Notes under the pieces: generated by a model | Seen by the model: only the letters and a program-made list of their open reading frames with translations | What the model was told of the DNA's origin: nothing | Databases searched by the model: none | Position numbers and translations under genes: made by a program | Part shown: one piece after another, positions 13,201 to 25,074 of the stretch | How the letters are laid out: every line of letters begins with the position of its first letter | How positions within the stretch are numbered: position 1 is the stretch's first letter | NCBI GenBank assembly: GCA_050084515.1 | Contig: CM114271.1 | Location: 33,542,001 to 33,606,000 of the forward strand | Source of the DNA: Blasia pusilla | Taxonomy: Eukaryota | Direction of reading: 5' to 3' | Length of the DNA: 64,000 bases

Positions 13201-16200
13201 CATAGTAAGCATTAGTAGGGAGGTTATGTGTAGAGAGGCTAGGATTGGCAATGTGACCTCATGGCCTCCCTTAATGACATATGTGCACATGCCATCATTT
13301 AAGGGCTTTCTTGAAGTTTCTTATTAGGTAGGATCTTATTGTGCATGTTGAGGTGATATATGCACAAGTCATCTTCTAATTCTTGTGGATATATCCCACG
13401 GGGAAGCTTGACCATGCTATTTTTCCATTTATCCCTCACATCAAGAATGGTTTGGCTCCATTTTTATTCCATGTAATAATGTAATCCAAGATCTTATTTG
13501 TCATCACGCGTTTCATTGTGTGGCCTCCTTGTGTGATGGTGGCATTTACATGTAATTTTTCATACTTTCTTGAAACTATATACTCACTATATTCTCTTGA
13601 AAATCACCAACTCCTTCCCTTTCATGCTTATTACTTACTATTAAGTGTGCATATTGTTGGCATTTTCGTGGGCATAAGCTTTGATATGTTTATGCCCATA
13701 ACTTGGAAGCCACTAATCATGAGGTCCACATTCATAACCAATCAGCTGAATAGTGTATGTATTGGATTTGTTTCAAATGATTAATTAAATTAATCCTCTT
13801 TAATATTTTAGTTTTCTTCCTTCCTCTCTTTCTTTTCACTGGGTTTGTCTTCTTATGAGATTTACTCGTGAAATAAGATAGGGAATTTCATTGCATAAAA
13901 AAAAATACTACACCAATCCCAAAACTATGAGAATACTTCACATGATTCGGATGCCAATGTTATACAAGGTAACCCCATACCCACAAAACCATCAATGCCT
14001 AATTTTAAGCAATGCGGGTAGATGTTGTAGAGTGGAACATGGAACTAGCAAGACACCCGTACGATAAAAAAAGGTTTGGATAGCCATGAAGTCAAGATCA
14101 TGTTGACCTTGACTTATTTGAAACATTTTCTTATTACACGTTGCCATGAGTCAAACATAAAAGTGTTTAGAAACCAAGAGGACACTCTCCAATGAGAAAA
14201 ACAATGAGATCCCATATGAGAGTTAACTCTGGTACGAACGGTGCTTGTGACAATCCGAGTAGAATAACCACCTCTACCACAGTCGTGATTGAAGGAGAAA
14301 CTAAGAATTTGCAAATGGCGAGGCAAGAAGTAGGAATCCGAAGTGTCGGGTGAACAAGTCGCCACCTATTCTTCGATATTCTCGAAACAAAGAGAATCGA
14401 CCTTGACCTCTGGTTAGGGAAGATAACCGAAGGTTTGGATGGGATAATTGAGGCGTTCTCCCACTTATGCGCATTGATGCAAGGCCATGGCCCACCAAGT
14501 AGAAAATTAAGATGGTTCCGTGAAATAACGACTTGAAGTGAATGTATCCACTTGACGGAACCACTCAATATGAAGTACTTTTCTCGTTCGTGTAGATGCT
14601 CGTGTTAACGAGGCGGAAACCACAGTTTTGAATCGTCCGAGGTTTCTGCACGTGGTCTCTGTATTGAAGAAGCGAGCACAGTTCCTGCGCTGTTTTCGTT
14701 GCGCGACGTCTTTTCATTTCATTTGCCGGCCTTCGCCATCGCCTCCGAGTCCGAGGGGCGAGTCTGCGACGGAGGCAGAAGAGAGTCTATCCGACTTCGC
14801 CGTACATGCGTTCGGAGCTGGAGTGCGTATGATGCGCGGGCAATTCAAGGTTTGAATGAACAAGGCGATTCGGTCATGATTTGACCAGACATTACCTTCC
14901 GCAGCTCCGCAGCAGAGCTGCAATTTTCTTCCCATCATTCATTCATCCACGGGGAGCTGCAATTTCACCCTCCGGGAACCAGATTAGAAAGTCAGGCGCC
15001 CCATGGCCTCGTCTCGTCGTGACTCATGAGCGGCTGGCTGCTGCTTTAGGGGGATGGGATTAGAATCATCAGTCAGACGGAGGAGGGGAAGAGAGACTTC
15101 AGGTCAGGTTCCCGTCTTGGTGGCGGTGACCCCGCGTTATAAAAGCGGAGACCCTGGTCGAACGTGAAAACACGAAGCGGGAGAAATTGGCGTGGACGAC
15201 GGACGGCGGTTGCGTGCTCCGTCGAAGGGCAGACTGTCTACGGGATTATCCAAGCGCGAACAAACGATGACAAGAAGGGGCCCACGGCCTGAACAAAAGA
15301 GAGAGCTACAAGAGTAGTAAAGTAGCAGAAGGGATGAACCTACTCTTCCTCCGAATAAAGATATCCGAGTCCGCCTAGGGATGCACAGGAGCCCGGCAGA
15401 AGCACCCTGCGCTCCCTGGGTCTCTCTAACGTCCGATCGATAGGCCTCGGAAGCAGCGCTGCGGAGTATTGCGGGTGCTGTTGTGTTTCAGCCGAAGGTC
15501 TTGTCCAGTGCTGCGTAGGCCGTATCTAGGTTTCGTTTGTGCGCGCTGAGTTTGAGGGAGGGCTTGGCCAAGTTGGTGAACACAGATTCTAAAAACGTGC
15601 CAGATCTGGGCCTTCGATCCGGTGCAGGCGGTAGTGCTCCTGGCCTTCCACCGGGCTCGCTCGCCGTAAGCGTGGTTCCCCCCCCCCACCCCTCCCTTAT
15701 GAGGGAGATCCAGTCTAAGAGCTGCACGCGCAATGCTCTCTCGCTTGTCCGGGGGGGCTTTCTCCCAGCAACCGGACAGACGCGGTCCAACGACCCCTTC
15801 ATTTTCTCATTCGTTTGGAAGCGACACAGTCGGCTTCCCGGCAAGTCCCGTCTGTCTCGTGACCCTCGTTCTAATTCGATGGTGGATCGATTCACTTCGA
15901 ACCCGACAATACGGTACGCGAACTCAGGAGGAACAAATTACACTTTTAGCCGTACCTGCCGGAGCCCTGAAGCCGAGACGAGACACAACGCAAATACGAG
16001 AGGCCGAGATTCCAGTAGCTCCATCGTCGATGCTTTTGCATGGGGCGGTCCGTCCTTGAATGTTTCCATGTCCTGCCAACACACATGTTTACATGTGACG
16101 CTATCAGATGATTCCGCGATGACGATATGGCTGCCATGGGACCGTGTAAAATGTGCATTAGCCCTCGCGAGAGCCCCCTTAAGTCATCGAAGCACACAGC

Positions 16201-17562
16201 ACTAGAAGGTCTGTTAAACAACTCCCTGCGAAATACAAACCGGGGGGGGGGTGGTCCCGGCCGTGGGGGGAGGGTGCCCCCCGGAGAGCTCTCCGGCCTC
16301 GTGCTCTCGACACGTCTTCCGTTCCGAAGAATTTCGCTCATACTCACTCTACTTCGCGCAGCCGTTCGCGGCTCCGAAGAGCTCCTCCCTCCACTTCTCC
16401 ACGACTGTAGCGACGACGCTCATACTGTACCGTATTTTACGCTCACCTACCGCAGCCAACCTCTCCGGCCACCGTAATCCGCATCTCCCTGGAAATCCAA
16501 AATGGCAATTTAGAAAGGAAAAAGGCTTCGCAGTTCAGTACGCTCGCATCATTGCGGATAGTACTCTACTGCCTCGGAAGTTCGGAACTTTTTCGATCGA
16601 TCGCGGGAAGGAAAGCCTCCTCCCCTGGAAAGCGAAAGCGAGATCGAACGATCGATCGATCGAGAATTTCGGATCCCCTCGGCTGATTAAGCCCCGACCC
16701 TTCACCCTAGAACCTGGTCATTTTTGCGGTGCTCGTGAGTGGCGAACGATCATAGGAGGCTCACAAGGTACATAGGCTGTCGGAAAGTGAAGTCATGATT
16801 GGCGGTGCAGGTGACTGGAGTTCTGGTTTTTCTCTCCTGCTCGGATCCTTCTCCTCCTCCAGGCCTCCCCCGTCCTCGTCCTCCTGGTCGACTGCTTCAT
16901 CGTACTGGTGTCATGGAGACGTACAGACGGTACCGTATTCGTTCTGTAAGTAAATAGAAGATATCTCGATGCCGCGAGTACACATGTACACACAAACACA
17001 CACACCCCCCTCACCAGCTAGCTTCACCAGTGAGACGGTACCACTGTATGTTCATGAATTGATGGTCGGCCGGGAAAGATATAGAGTCTCGCGGATGCGC
17101 GTATTGATGATAAATTTTGTGGTTCGGAGTACACACCTCGATTTCTCGTTTTCACTATTGCATCCGGCAGCCAGTCACTCGCTCCTCCTGTAGGGACCGG
17201 CGGACGTCCTGCGAGAGCGCGACGCTCGAGGGGAACTTCGTCCAAAGTAAATCGATTGCTGGATAGCGGGAATTTAATAGGATATGGGAGCACAGAGCAT
17301 AAGGCAATGGGTTCAGGCAACCTCGATTAAGTTGCCGCGGTCTTTGGTGGTAAAAAACGGCTCGATCGGGGTCATGTTCGCTGCGGAGCACGAGCGCGCA
17401 AGAGTACTCCCAGGCGCTTGTCGTCATTCCCTCCTCCTGTTGTTCCCTCTTCCTCTTCCCCCCATTCCCCTTCCCGCTCCCTCCATCCGACCCTCGGCCC
17501 CCGCAGGGTACAAGGAAAGGATCGAGAACTGGAACACATCTTTTATTAACTATTAATACACA

Positions 17563-18439
17563 TGAGAACATTTCTTGGTTTTCAATACCGGATGGCACGT
17601 GCGTGCCTCCTTGGTGGTATGCGTTTATGTGTCTTTTAAAAGAAAACTACCATAATGCCCTTCTTTATTTTCAGCAGGGTCCGTTATGTCACGCTGGTTT
17701 TTGGATCTCTCATGGATTTTCCATAAGCGTTTTTCTTCAAGTTCATGGTCACTTTGTTACGAGAGGTGAAAATCACCCCCGTGACGAAAGGCATGGTGCT
17801 AATTAATTTAAGTTTAGATCTTTTGTTATGTTAATTTAGCTCTTGTGTTACAATTGGCATCACATGAGAGGAGGCCCAAATGTACACTTGTCAACATCCG
17901 TCCTCAAACCTCATCTTCTTTTAATTATACAGATTACCCGTGAGAACTTTTTCATACGATAATATTTGAAGGTGAATTTTGTTCAAAACATTTCTTGAGA
18001 ACATTTCTTGGTTTTCAATACCGGATGGTACGTGGGTGCCTCCTTGGTGGTATGCGTTTATGTGTCTTTTAAAAGAAAACTACCATAATGCCCTTCTTTA
18101 TTTTCACGGTCGGTTATGTCACGCTGGTCCCCCTCTTTGGAATCTCTCATGGATTTTCCATAAGCGTTTTTATTCAAGTTCATGGTCACTTTGTTACGAT
18201 TACGAGAGGTGAAAATCACCTCGCGACGAAAGGCATGGTGCTAATTAATTTAACTGTAGATCTTTCGTTATGTTAATTTAGTTCTTGTGTTACAATTGGC
18301 ATCACATGAGAGGAGGCCCAAATGTACACTTGTCAACATCCGAGAAAGAGGTCCTCAAACCTCATCTTCTTTTAATTATACAGATTACCCGTGAGAGCTT
18401 TTTCATACGATAATATTTGAAGGTGAATTTTGTTCAAAA
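17563..18439 (+). repeat. Tandem duplication, two units of about 433 and 444 bp
   Basis: Unit 1 17563-17995 and unit 2 17996-18439 both start TGAGAACATTTCTTGGTTTTCAATACCGGATGG and end GAAGGTGAATTTTGTTCAAAA; few substitutions and small indels. Confidence 0.95.
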
Positions 18440-20342
18440 TATGTTCCTTTCATTCGGAAATACGGTGAGACGAGTACGTATGTTAATTGCGCGACAATTT
18501 TGGCACTGTCAAGATTTTATTTGACAACTCCCCGCTCTCCTCGACACTTGTCATTGAGGAAAGGACGACCGATGTTCAAGGTATCACAGGTGGATATAGC
18601 TGAAACTTTATAACACGTGAAAATATTTTACGCTCGAATATTTGGATCTCAAGAGTCGTTGCTATGGCCATTTTATCGACTATCTCCTCGTACCCCTCCT
18701 CTATGGCACTTGTCGTTTTTTAAGACTACAAGGGTTTGGGGTCTATCCCTACATTATCAAATCTATATTACAATTAGAATATTGAGTTTTTCTTTTTAAT
18801 TGTTTGGTGGCATGATGATATGTGGCGAAGGTGGACTAATTTTTTTAAATAATTCTGGTGTAAAAAGAAGGTTCTCTAATAATAATCAAGTCTATATTTC
18901 CCATAAATCTTCTTTCTACCATAGGTTAGATTTTCATCTTCTGTTTTTCGTATAATTTACAACCAGAAAATTCAAGTTATTTCTCATTAAATCCTAATTT
19001 CATACATGGAGAGAGTACAATTTCATATCCAAATCTCACACTTCTTCTAAGTAATCTTTGCAATTTTTATATAAGTAAGAAAAAAAATAGGGTACCATCA
19101 AGAATTCTCTCTTACATATTCTAGATTCTATCCTAGGGCTATTGATATTTTATTAACATACTATTTATGCAAATAAGAAAAAACTCACAGCATTTCAAAA
19201 AATGAAGTCCAAACAAATTGTTTATTTGATGCAATTTTGAAATTATTTTATCCATTTCATACCGTCCTCTCACAAAGGAAGAGGAACATTCAATTTGGAT
19301 ATGAGCCCCGCCATCATCAACAAAACATATCAAAGAATACATGCTTCCATTGAAGAACACGGGAGATCATGGCGCAAAGAGGAATCTAATCGAAGAAATG
19401 TATAATGTAGCCTGGACATTTGAATTTTTCTCAACCAAATTTGACTCTACTTGATGAAATTTAATTCATAGTTCCAAATTTAAATTGTGTAGTTTAATTT
19501 TATCTAGTATTTATAGAGAAAGTAAGATTGGTAATAGTTTCATCTTCTCACTAGCAACATTTCTTCCCTTGTGGTAATATTACTAAATTTCATACATTCT
19601 TTAATATTCTGAAAATATAAATTATTTATAGTAATTTATATTTTATAATTTCACTAAAATATCCTCATCAATCTCTTCAAAATATAATATGTAATTTTAA
19701 TCTATATTCCCTCTAAATTTGAAAAAAAATTCTAGAAAATGTTCTTTTCTATATGTTTAATTTGTGTGTTAAGGTCAAAATGTGGAAAAGTGGTAATAAA
19801 GGGTTAAAATTCATAGACATGACATCACGTAAACTTAAACAAGATAAATATCACTACAAGATCTTTTAAGTGATCTTACCACTACTTTGCGGATGTATTT
19901 TGAGTTTGCAATACTTTTTGATTCCATGGTTTCTGCACTTTATAAAAGTAGGTTGTGAGTCTTTTGCAAGATAAGCATCAACTTGCACGTAGAGGAAAAT
20001 GGAATGTTTAGAGTCAATGCTATTCGAGTGTGACCATTGAGAACCATAAATACTTGCAAAGTAGTCAAAGTTTTGGGAGTATTCCACGAGTTATTTTCTA
20101 GTTTATATTCTGAGCCCTTAGACTCCCCAAAAAATTGCACAAACTCTCACAGATAGCCCCAAAAAGGACTCACAAATCGATGTCCTAGCTTGCATTCCCA
20201 TACCACCACAATCACTCCCTTTCCAAAAATATATTATCTAGACTTTGGTTGATGGTCTAAATATTGATTCTTCATATTTTCAAGTCAATAACTACATACG
20301 ATCATTATCATGCTTACTGGCTAACATAAAGCATGCAACACT

Positions 20343-20596
20343 CAATGTTGCATGTGGATAAGGTTGGTGTTCGTGGACTCACTTTCGTCCTATAGAAGGA
20401 CTTGTCCATGTGGAACTTATCTTCCCCTTCTTTCTCATTCCCCCCACCTGCTTTCATGTTCCGTACACTCCCGTTTCTTCCTCCCTCCACCTCCATTCCC
20501 ACCCTCCTTATTGCCCCACTCGCCCTTGCCCTGCCTTCCATCATAAACTATAAACTGTGGGCCCCACCTCTTGCAACCCATGCTAGTGGACATATT
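20343..20596 (+). mobile_element. hAT-type MITE copy C (3'-truncated)
   Basis: Left TIR CAATGTTGCA; core CGCCCTTGCCCTGCCTTCCATCATAAACTATAA nearly identical to copy A. Confidence 0.78.
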
Positions 20597-23500
20597 ATGA
20601 GGCATCGAGTGAGATTTGTAGTCTTGACTATGAGAGATTGATTCTCGCATTATCACTTGACCTATTTTTAGGATATAGGAGATAATATAGCTTGGATGGA
20701 TGGACGGGTTTTCTTCCAACGTAAAGATAGCTTCCAATCAAGAGATGTAGATATACCATATTGAGCATCCTCTAAACCGACAGATGGAATCATTGATAAA
20801 TCAACATGGATGTAAGTAATTGTCTTGATGTATTTAGATGATATATTTGGCCATCCATCATGATTTAGGGAATTTATTAAATGTGAAAGGGAGTAGAGGA
20901 AGAGGAAATGGTGGATCGTTAAGGATTTTTCTTGTAACTATTTCAATTGTGCTCCAATGTTATCGATCTTATACTTAACCCATTCATCTTCTCATGCTTG
21001 AACTTAGGATTTTTATTTTTCTTCCAATGATGTTGGGATTTTCCAAAGTTCTTGAGATCTTTGGACCTCCTTCTCTTATGAATATACTTATGGATTCCTA
21101 AACACAATTTTGCATATTGAGCTATTGTTATAGGGCAATCTTGGGCAACAATTTATTCAAAGAATTCCTCTTGATTTTCTTAATCTTTTGCTATTTGCTA
21201 GGTTTAATATTACGACCTCATCCCTTCATATCAATCATCAATGGTTGGCTTTCATTTTCTCCTCACGTCCTATTTTTTGGTGTTTGCAATTTCTTGTAAC
21301 TTTCTCTTGGAGTATCAATTTTTGGTGCGCTTGATCTTGTTACAATCATCTTGACAAGATTGTTCTTTTCATATCAATTGAATTTTCAAGTTTTTCTTCC
21401 ATCTCTATGTGTACCTATTTTTGCGAACGCGTTTGTTTTAGGTTAATTCCTCTTATAAGTCCCTTCCTCTTTCAACACTTTACTTTGCTATTTTGCCCCT
21501 CCCTTCATTTGCTATCTCCTTAAAGGCATTATAGATTAATACTGTTGAGCCTCTTCTGTGGATAGCATATGCGTCATTTATCCTTTTCAATTGCTTCTTA
21601 CATTTCTTAAAGTGTATTTCAATCATAAAATTTTTTAATCTTATTGTCTCCATATTAATCTATTTTGGATGGATTATATTAATTTTATTATGGTCATTAT
21701 CCTAATACCTTCATAAAATTAGGGTTCATTTTCTTTTGTTATCTTAAATGACATGTCTACTTCTAGTTCTATGGATATGGACTCGGATAATTAATCTCCT
21801 CAACCATTTAGTTTTACATGCCCTACTTCATCCATAACCTCTCTCTCAGACTCCTTCCTCCTTGTAGATGTCGCCATTTCCCTCCATATTCTCATACATC
21901 CATTACACTTTGTGCATTTCTTCCCCATCATCCACTATTCCTCTCATCATCTCTTCCTATTTGTCCTTATCTTGATCCATTACTAATGAATCTTACTACT
22001 TTGCTTCCCTCATATATCTCATCTCAATCATTGCTTCCAACCCTCATCTTTTCTACCCTTATCCCCCCTCTTCCTCTTCCTCCTTCCCCAACCTACTTTC
22101 CTCCTCATCTCCATCTATCATCTTCATCACCTCATTCACGTCCCACCTCCTCTCCTTGCAACCCTTCTTCTTCTACATATGTGCCAAAGGTTTTTTGCAT
22201 ACTTTAAGAAAATGAGTTTGCTCCTATTGAGATTAAAAGACACTAGTGATATTTTCAATCGATGAATGGGCCTTCAATCCCTAACCTGACACCACCTAAA
22301 ACGCTTCCCACAACTAGTGCTTGGATTTGTTTAAGCCAAATTGATCTCCTTTGCTCTTTCCATTCTTGTCTCTCTCTTCCTAGACTCTACACACCCATTC
22401 TTGTTGCTCGTTGCCCCGTCACGCAACAAGGTCTATCTTTCCCATTAGAAACGTTAGCACGTGATCCAAAAAATATCAATGTTTGGTATCTCCTATTACT
22501 CTTCTCCAAATGGACTTTAGTCCCCCCTCCATGGTATGGTGAGATAGGTCATTAGGAGACCTCTTTGTATATTCGACGCTTTATGTTTGGGGATTGGGAG
22601 AATCTTAAAAATGAACATATATTTAAAAAATATATACTTTACTATCGACTCATCTAGCTCAACATGCCAATCATGGGAGGTCTTCAATACAAGGACATTA
22701 TTGACATAGTCTACTTGAACTTTACAAGTTAGTGAGTTTTGAAGTTTGGCTCAAGCATTCACTATTCTCTCTCCATCTGTTCCAAATGTGAACTTAGTTG
22801 CACTCTTAGAAGCTCTTCATGCTCCTTCAAGTGACGATGCACCATTTTTTGGAAGACTCTACAATAGATCTTGACTAGGAGCTTGAGTTACAATGACTTT
22901 TCTTGAAACTCCTCGTTTATCAGAAAAGCATGCTTTTAGGCATGGATATATTATAGCATATTATTTATTTCTTTATTGTGATGGATTTTCCAAGTAGCTT
23001 TATCTCTCTATATAAGGTGTGTGCACATATTATAACAAGTCATCTCCTATATTCTATCTTGAGGCTCGTGGGGGATTTTCATTTATTGGCTACGTATAAG
23101 CCTCCTTTTGGTGCTCACCCTTTAGCTATGGTAGATATTATATTATATGGTTAGTTGATCCCTCTACTTGAAACTTTTTCCTTACTTATTTCCTTGTGAA
23201 TTTAGAACGGCTCCCATTGGTGGTTGTGAGGCTTTGGTTCATGGGATACGCTCAACTCTTTATATTCATCTATAGATAGTAGAAATTTAAGTTGATGGGG
23301 CTAGTGCATTAAATTTGGTTTCTTATGCAATCATATTCGAGGAATTATGCTCTATGGGCAAATAACTTACGAGTCTCATTCCATTTTTTAGCTCCTTCTA
23401 TGCCTATAATACGCCCATTATCTATTCTTATCATATTACTTAGAAAGAATATAGTTTTCTCCAATTATCTTGTGGCATGCATCAAGGTGATTCTATGGAT

Positions 23501-24204
23501 GGTCCACTCTTTGCCATTGTATATTTTTGTGCCCTCTGAGCATCGGCCCAAGTATTTCCATCTTGTCCCTTCCCTTTTATTGCTGATGATACCTACATTA
23601 GATGTCCTCTTTTTAAAGTGGTTCGTGCTCATACCCATTATGTGGAACAACGATCTATCTTAAACCTTAAATTCCAACCTAGGAAATGTTGATTATGGTC
23701 TTCTTCATGCCTTCCCTCAACATTTATCCCGCCTACTTTTGATTTTACCTTCCACATCGAAGGGGTTCAGGTTCCTAAGGTCCCAATTGGCTTTATTGAC
23801 TATGTCTCTTAGTTCTTAGAGGAGGCCCTTTTGAAAGATGTATAATGGCTTCATTTGTTATCTCATCTAGGGGATCCACGAGTGGCTTATGGGATTCTCT
23901 CCCAATATTTTCTACAACATCCCTTCTGCCTTTTTTGCACTTGTACTCCCACTTTAGAGTTCTTGCCTCCTTTGATATTTCTATCCCTCAGATGTATCAG
24001 GACCAAGAAGTTGACCAAAATCGATTAACAACAATGATGGATGTTAATCAAATCCTTCTTTCGTCCACAAATTGATTGATATTTCCTTGCTGTTAGAGTC
24101 TTTGACATATTTCCATGCTAATAAATTCCCTATAGATGACTATCAAATATTTAAGTGCTAGACGTGTTTATTAATCACATGCTCATTAGAAAGACATCTT
24201 AGTA

Positions 24205-25059
24205 CATAGTGCCCCTTATTTCAAGCAATAGGTTCTTTACTTGATTTCCTATCTATAAAGAGTACATTGACATGGTAAGGATTGAGAAAGGAAAGTAGGA
24301 CACAACTCGTGCTCCACCCTTATTCATGCTTAACAGACATTCTATACTCTCCTCAAGAATGGGCTTTGGTGGAATTATTCTCTCAAGAAGGATAATCCAC
24401 TCTCATTGGGAAAATAACAAGCTAAAACATTCACTATTTTAGTATGACTAAACTCCTCTAAGGTGACAAGCCTCTCATGTCCACACACACCACATTCTAG
24501 AAACCTCTCGAAGAATATACCATGATCAAGTTAATCTCCCAAGAGGGATGATCCACTCTCATTGGAAGAGCAAGCAATCCCAAAGTCATACATTCAAGAG
24601 TGACACTAGAGACTCAAGATTTGAAATAGAAGGTGATGAACCCTTGAAGATCCCTCCTCTTTATATACTCACAAGGGATCCACAAGAGTACGAAAAAATG
24701 ACTAATCTTATCTTGTGCCACATGACTTCCTCTCAAGGTTTAGCCAATCATATTTTGACACAAATAGATTACCTCTTACCTCTTCCAAAATATCTTCTTT
24801 TACTCCCTTCATATCTTCCAATTTACCTTACCAACCCTAGCCACCAACCAAGACTACTTTTGCTTTTGTTTTATTAAAGTACCAACCCCAATACTTACTT
24901 TTCTAATCCCATCTTTTATTTATTATCTCTTTTTCTACAGTTGGGCTCGCGCAAACGAGTCACCCTAAAGAGGTTTAAACATGATAATTTCATTTCCTAG
25001 GCTAATTTATTTAATACTAATAAAACTCTCTCTAACACTTAATGATAGAGGAGTTTACA
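24205..25059 (-). mobile_element. Probable solo LTR (about 855 bp)
   Basis: Begins TGTAAACTCC on the - strand; minus-strand TATATAAA near 24660; internal repeat ATCCACTCTCATTGG twice; flanks TAGTA/TAGTG (4/5 TSD match); the other terminus is degenerate. Confidence 0.4.
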
Positions 25060-25074
25060 TAGTGGATGATTTTA

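Noticed and set aside
15426..16775. Long ORFs (222, 174 and 135 aa) in the upstream GC-rich island
   Set aside because: Overlapping on both strands, Arg/Pro/Ser-rich, no recognisable domain; expected in GC-rich non-coding DNA
21000..24100. Possible further decayed minus-strand retroelement (VTRS-like and SIKPIG-like fragments; short matches to 13300-13750)
   Set aside because: Too degenerate to assign without a translated database search
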